IMG/VR virus record: IMGVR_UViG_3300033405_000012
Coordinates: 1-14,141 of that record
Source of the DNA: a virus
Lineage: Duplodnaviria; Heunggongvirae; Uroviricota; Caudoviricetes
Direction: 5' to 3' (one strand)
Length of the DNA stretch: 14,141 bases
Shown: positions 12,977 through 14,141 of the stretch, one piece after another
How positions within the stretch are numbered: position 1 is the stretch's first letter
Layout: each line of letters starts with the position of its first letter
Program-made: the position numbers and the translations under genes
The notes under the pieces: generated by a model
Told to the model about the DNA's origin: nothing
The model's input: only the letters and a program-made list of their open reading frames with translations
The model's database searches: none

Positions 12977-13170
12977 ATTTCAGGCGGAAGTTAGAGCGAT
13001 TCCAAAAGAAGCCGGTTACTGCGCGTTTTGCTGGCGTCGGTATGATCTCCGCTACTCCACACGCCCTTGATAAGCTCCCGCCCAAGGCCACCCACCACCG
13101 AAACATAGGCGGCCACCCTCACCGGCTCATGGGTCCCATCAGTAATCGAAGGCGTGGGCGACCATTGCCT

Positions 13171-13386
13171 TCATGGTTCTTTTCCCCAGGGAATCTGGTG
13201 CCACACACGCTCGTGTTCGTAGAACAGGATCAGCTTCACGATGAAGCAAATGGCCGTGAACACCGCGCAGCCGCCAATGTTCCCGAACATCAAGTAGGCG
13301 AGACCAAAGCACACGAGATTGCTGAAGGTCTCCCAAGTCAGGGCCTTGGTGACGGTACGCTTGCGGGTGCTTGGATCGTGTTTCAT
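13171..13386 (-). CDS. DUF2061-family small membrane protein
   Basis: RKRTVTKALTWE...KLILFYEHERVWHQIPWG matches the DUF2061 pattern (KA.SWR...Y.HER.W..I.WG). ATGA overlap with the NDT-like gene. Confidence 0.85.
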   Translation of the reverse strand: MKHDPSTRKRTVTKALTWETFSNLVCFGLAYLMFGNIGGCAVFTAICFIVKLILFYEHERVWHQIPWGKEP

Positions 13387-13985
13387 TTCCTGCCTCGCTT
13401 GACGAGACTGGTGCGCCTGTCGCGGGTTTCCCGACAGTTCTCACCCATCCAGTTGAAGAAGTACCAGCGATTGAGTCGGTCAATCACCGGGTCATGGGCA
13501 ATGTGCCGGAGGTACTTCTTCACCTCGTCCCATGTCGAGAAGATCATCTCGAAGGGGACGGTGCCGAAAAGCCAGTCCGGCGTGTGCTCAACGCCCTGCT
13601 CCACGCGGATCAACACCGGCTTTTTCATGCGGTTCGCCCAGAACAACTCCTCGTATGTGCCGCAGGCATGGACCTCCATGTCCAGGTTGACGACCAGGAA
13701 GTCGCAGATGTCCACCATCCGCAGATCGACGGGGCGGACTTGCTTCATCTGGCCGCGGACGAACTCGAAGTCGCCGGCCCGCTTTGCCTTGTGCCGGAGG
13801 GCACGGTTCTCCAGGTCTTCGACGCCAATGTCGATGGGTTTGCGCGTGGGGTCGAGCCAGAGAACCTTCAAGTCCTTGAGGCTCTGGATCAGGTCTTGAC
13901 GCCAGCCGATGCCGCCGTCTGTCACCCGGTCCATCGCCCCGCACAAGTAGCCGCGGTTCAGGGCGAGGCGGTTCATCTTCTTCAT
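13383..13985 (-). CDS. Nucleoside 2-deoxyribosyltransferase / nucleotide N-glycosidase-like protein (NDT/DNPH1/MilB superfamily)
   Basis: YLCGAMD...WR, DLRMVDICDFLVVNLD, ACGTYEELFWA and KPVLI, with the nucleophilic Glu position retained. Confidence 0.85.
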   Translation of the reverse strand: MKKMNRLALNRGYLCGAMDRVTDGGIGWRQDLIQSLKDLKVLWLDPTRKPIDIGVEDLENRALRHKAKRAGDFEFVRGQMKQVRPVDLRMVDICDFLVVNLDMEVHACGTYEELFWANRMKKPVLIRVEQGVEHTPDWLFGTVPFEMIFSTWDEVKKYLRHIAHDPVIDRLNRWYFFNWMGENCRETRDRRTSLVKRGRK

Positions 13986-14141
13986 GGTGCGCTCAGCAAG
14001 TCGCCAAGAATGGTCCGCTGTCTCTGCTGCAACTCGGCAAAGGCTTCCGATGTAAAAGCGTCCGACCGCTGGAGGTACTCGTGCCAGTTCCGTTCATCGC
14101 GGGTGAAGAATCGGAGCACTTTCGCAGGTGGTAGCAGATAA
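13982..14141 (-). CDS. C-terminal end of an unidentified gene (5'-partial)
   Basis: Open frame YLLPPAKVLRFFTRDERNWHEYLQRSDAFTSEAFAELQQRQRTILGDLLSAP*, with TGA overlapping the ATG at 13985. Confidence 0.7.
   Translation of the reverse strand, partial: YLLPPAKVLRFFTRDERNWHEYLQRSDAFTSEAFAELQQRQRTILGDLLSAP

Larger units (their letters stand above)
1..14141 (-). mobile_element. Probable (pro)phage or large mobile-element accessory/DNA-metabolism gene array (boundaries outside window)
   Basis: About 30 co-oriented, tightly coupled, mostly small hypothetical genes, plus an orphan DNA MTase, DEDDh and PD-(D/E)XK nucleases, an NDT-like enzyme and Zn ribbons. No housekeeping genes. No hallmark capsid, terminase or integrase gene is present, so the assignment is inferential. 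Confidence 0.55.

Noticed and set aside
3242-12978. Longer upstream starts given by the ORF track (3394, 4156, 4562, 4842, 5213, 6312, 6818, 7303, 8952, 9636, 12539, 12978)
   Set aside because: The extensions overlap neighbouring genes and are low-complexity. Downstream ATGs with good SD sequences or start/stop overlaps were preferred.
12980-13170. tRNA or known ncRNA in the intergenic gap
   Set aside because: No cloverleaf, T-loop (TTCRA) or acceptor stem could be built.
1164-13173. Alternative genetic code (TGA read as Trp/Gly), suggested by in-frame TGAs at 1164, 1386 and 13171
   Set aside because: Many genes clearly end at TGA overlapping the next start (6009, 6716, 8796, 9219, 13383). 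Conserved Trp positions use TGG, and no conserved domain is interrupted by TGA.
1-14141. Long plus-strand ORFs (e.g. 10881-12164, 13371-14141, 5410-6117, 7503-8228, 1-375, 27-458)
   Set aside because: They are antisense shadows of well-supported minus-strand genes in GC-rich DNA, with no motifs or SD support. The repeats in 1-458 merely mirror the minus-strand repeat gene.

Overview
High-GC window in which every credible gene lies on the minus strand. It is a tightly packed array of about 30 mostly small genes with overlapping or abutting start/stop codons, resembling the accessory/DNA-metabolism region of a (pro)phage or other large mobile element. No structural, integrase, tRNA, rRNA or CRISPR features were seen. 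Recognisable products are a nucleoside 2-deoxyribosyltransferase-like protein, a DUF2061 membrane protein, a Pro-rich lipoprotein, a SEC-C motif protein, a PD-(D/E)XK nuclease, a beta-class amino-DNA methyltransferase with a non-canonical DPPD motif, an FmdB-type Zn ribbon, a DEDDh exonuclease, an FkbM-type methyltransferase and an SF2 helicase resembling the YeeB family. The most interesting part is the lower-GC left end. The helicase carries a 1-nt frameshift and ends in a half copy of a ~55-aa helical repeat. It is followed by a single-repeat mini-gene, a pair of competing hairpins, and an ORF missing from the supplied track (1073 to <1, no stop in the window) built from at least 7 tandem copies of that repeat. 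A 19-nt intergenic motif recurs exactly, with partial copies, just upstream of several genes.
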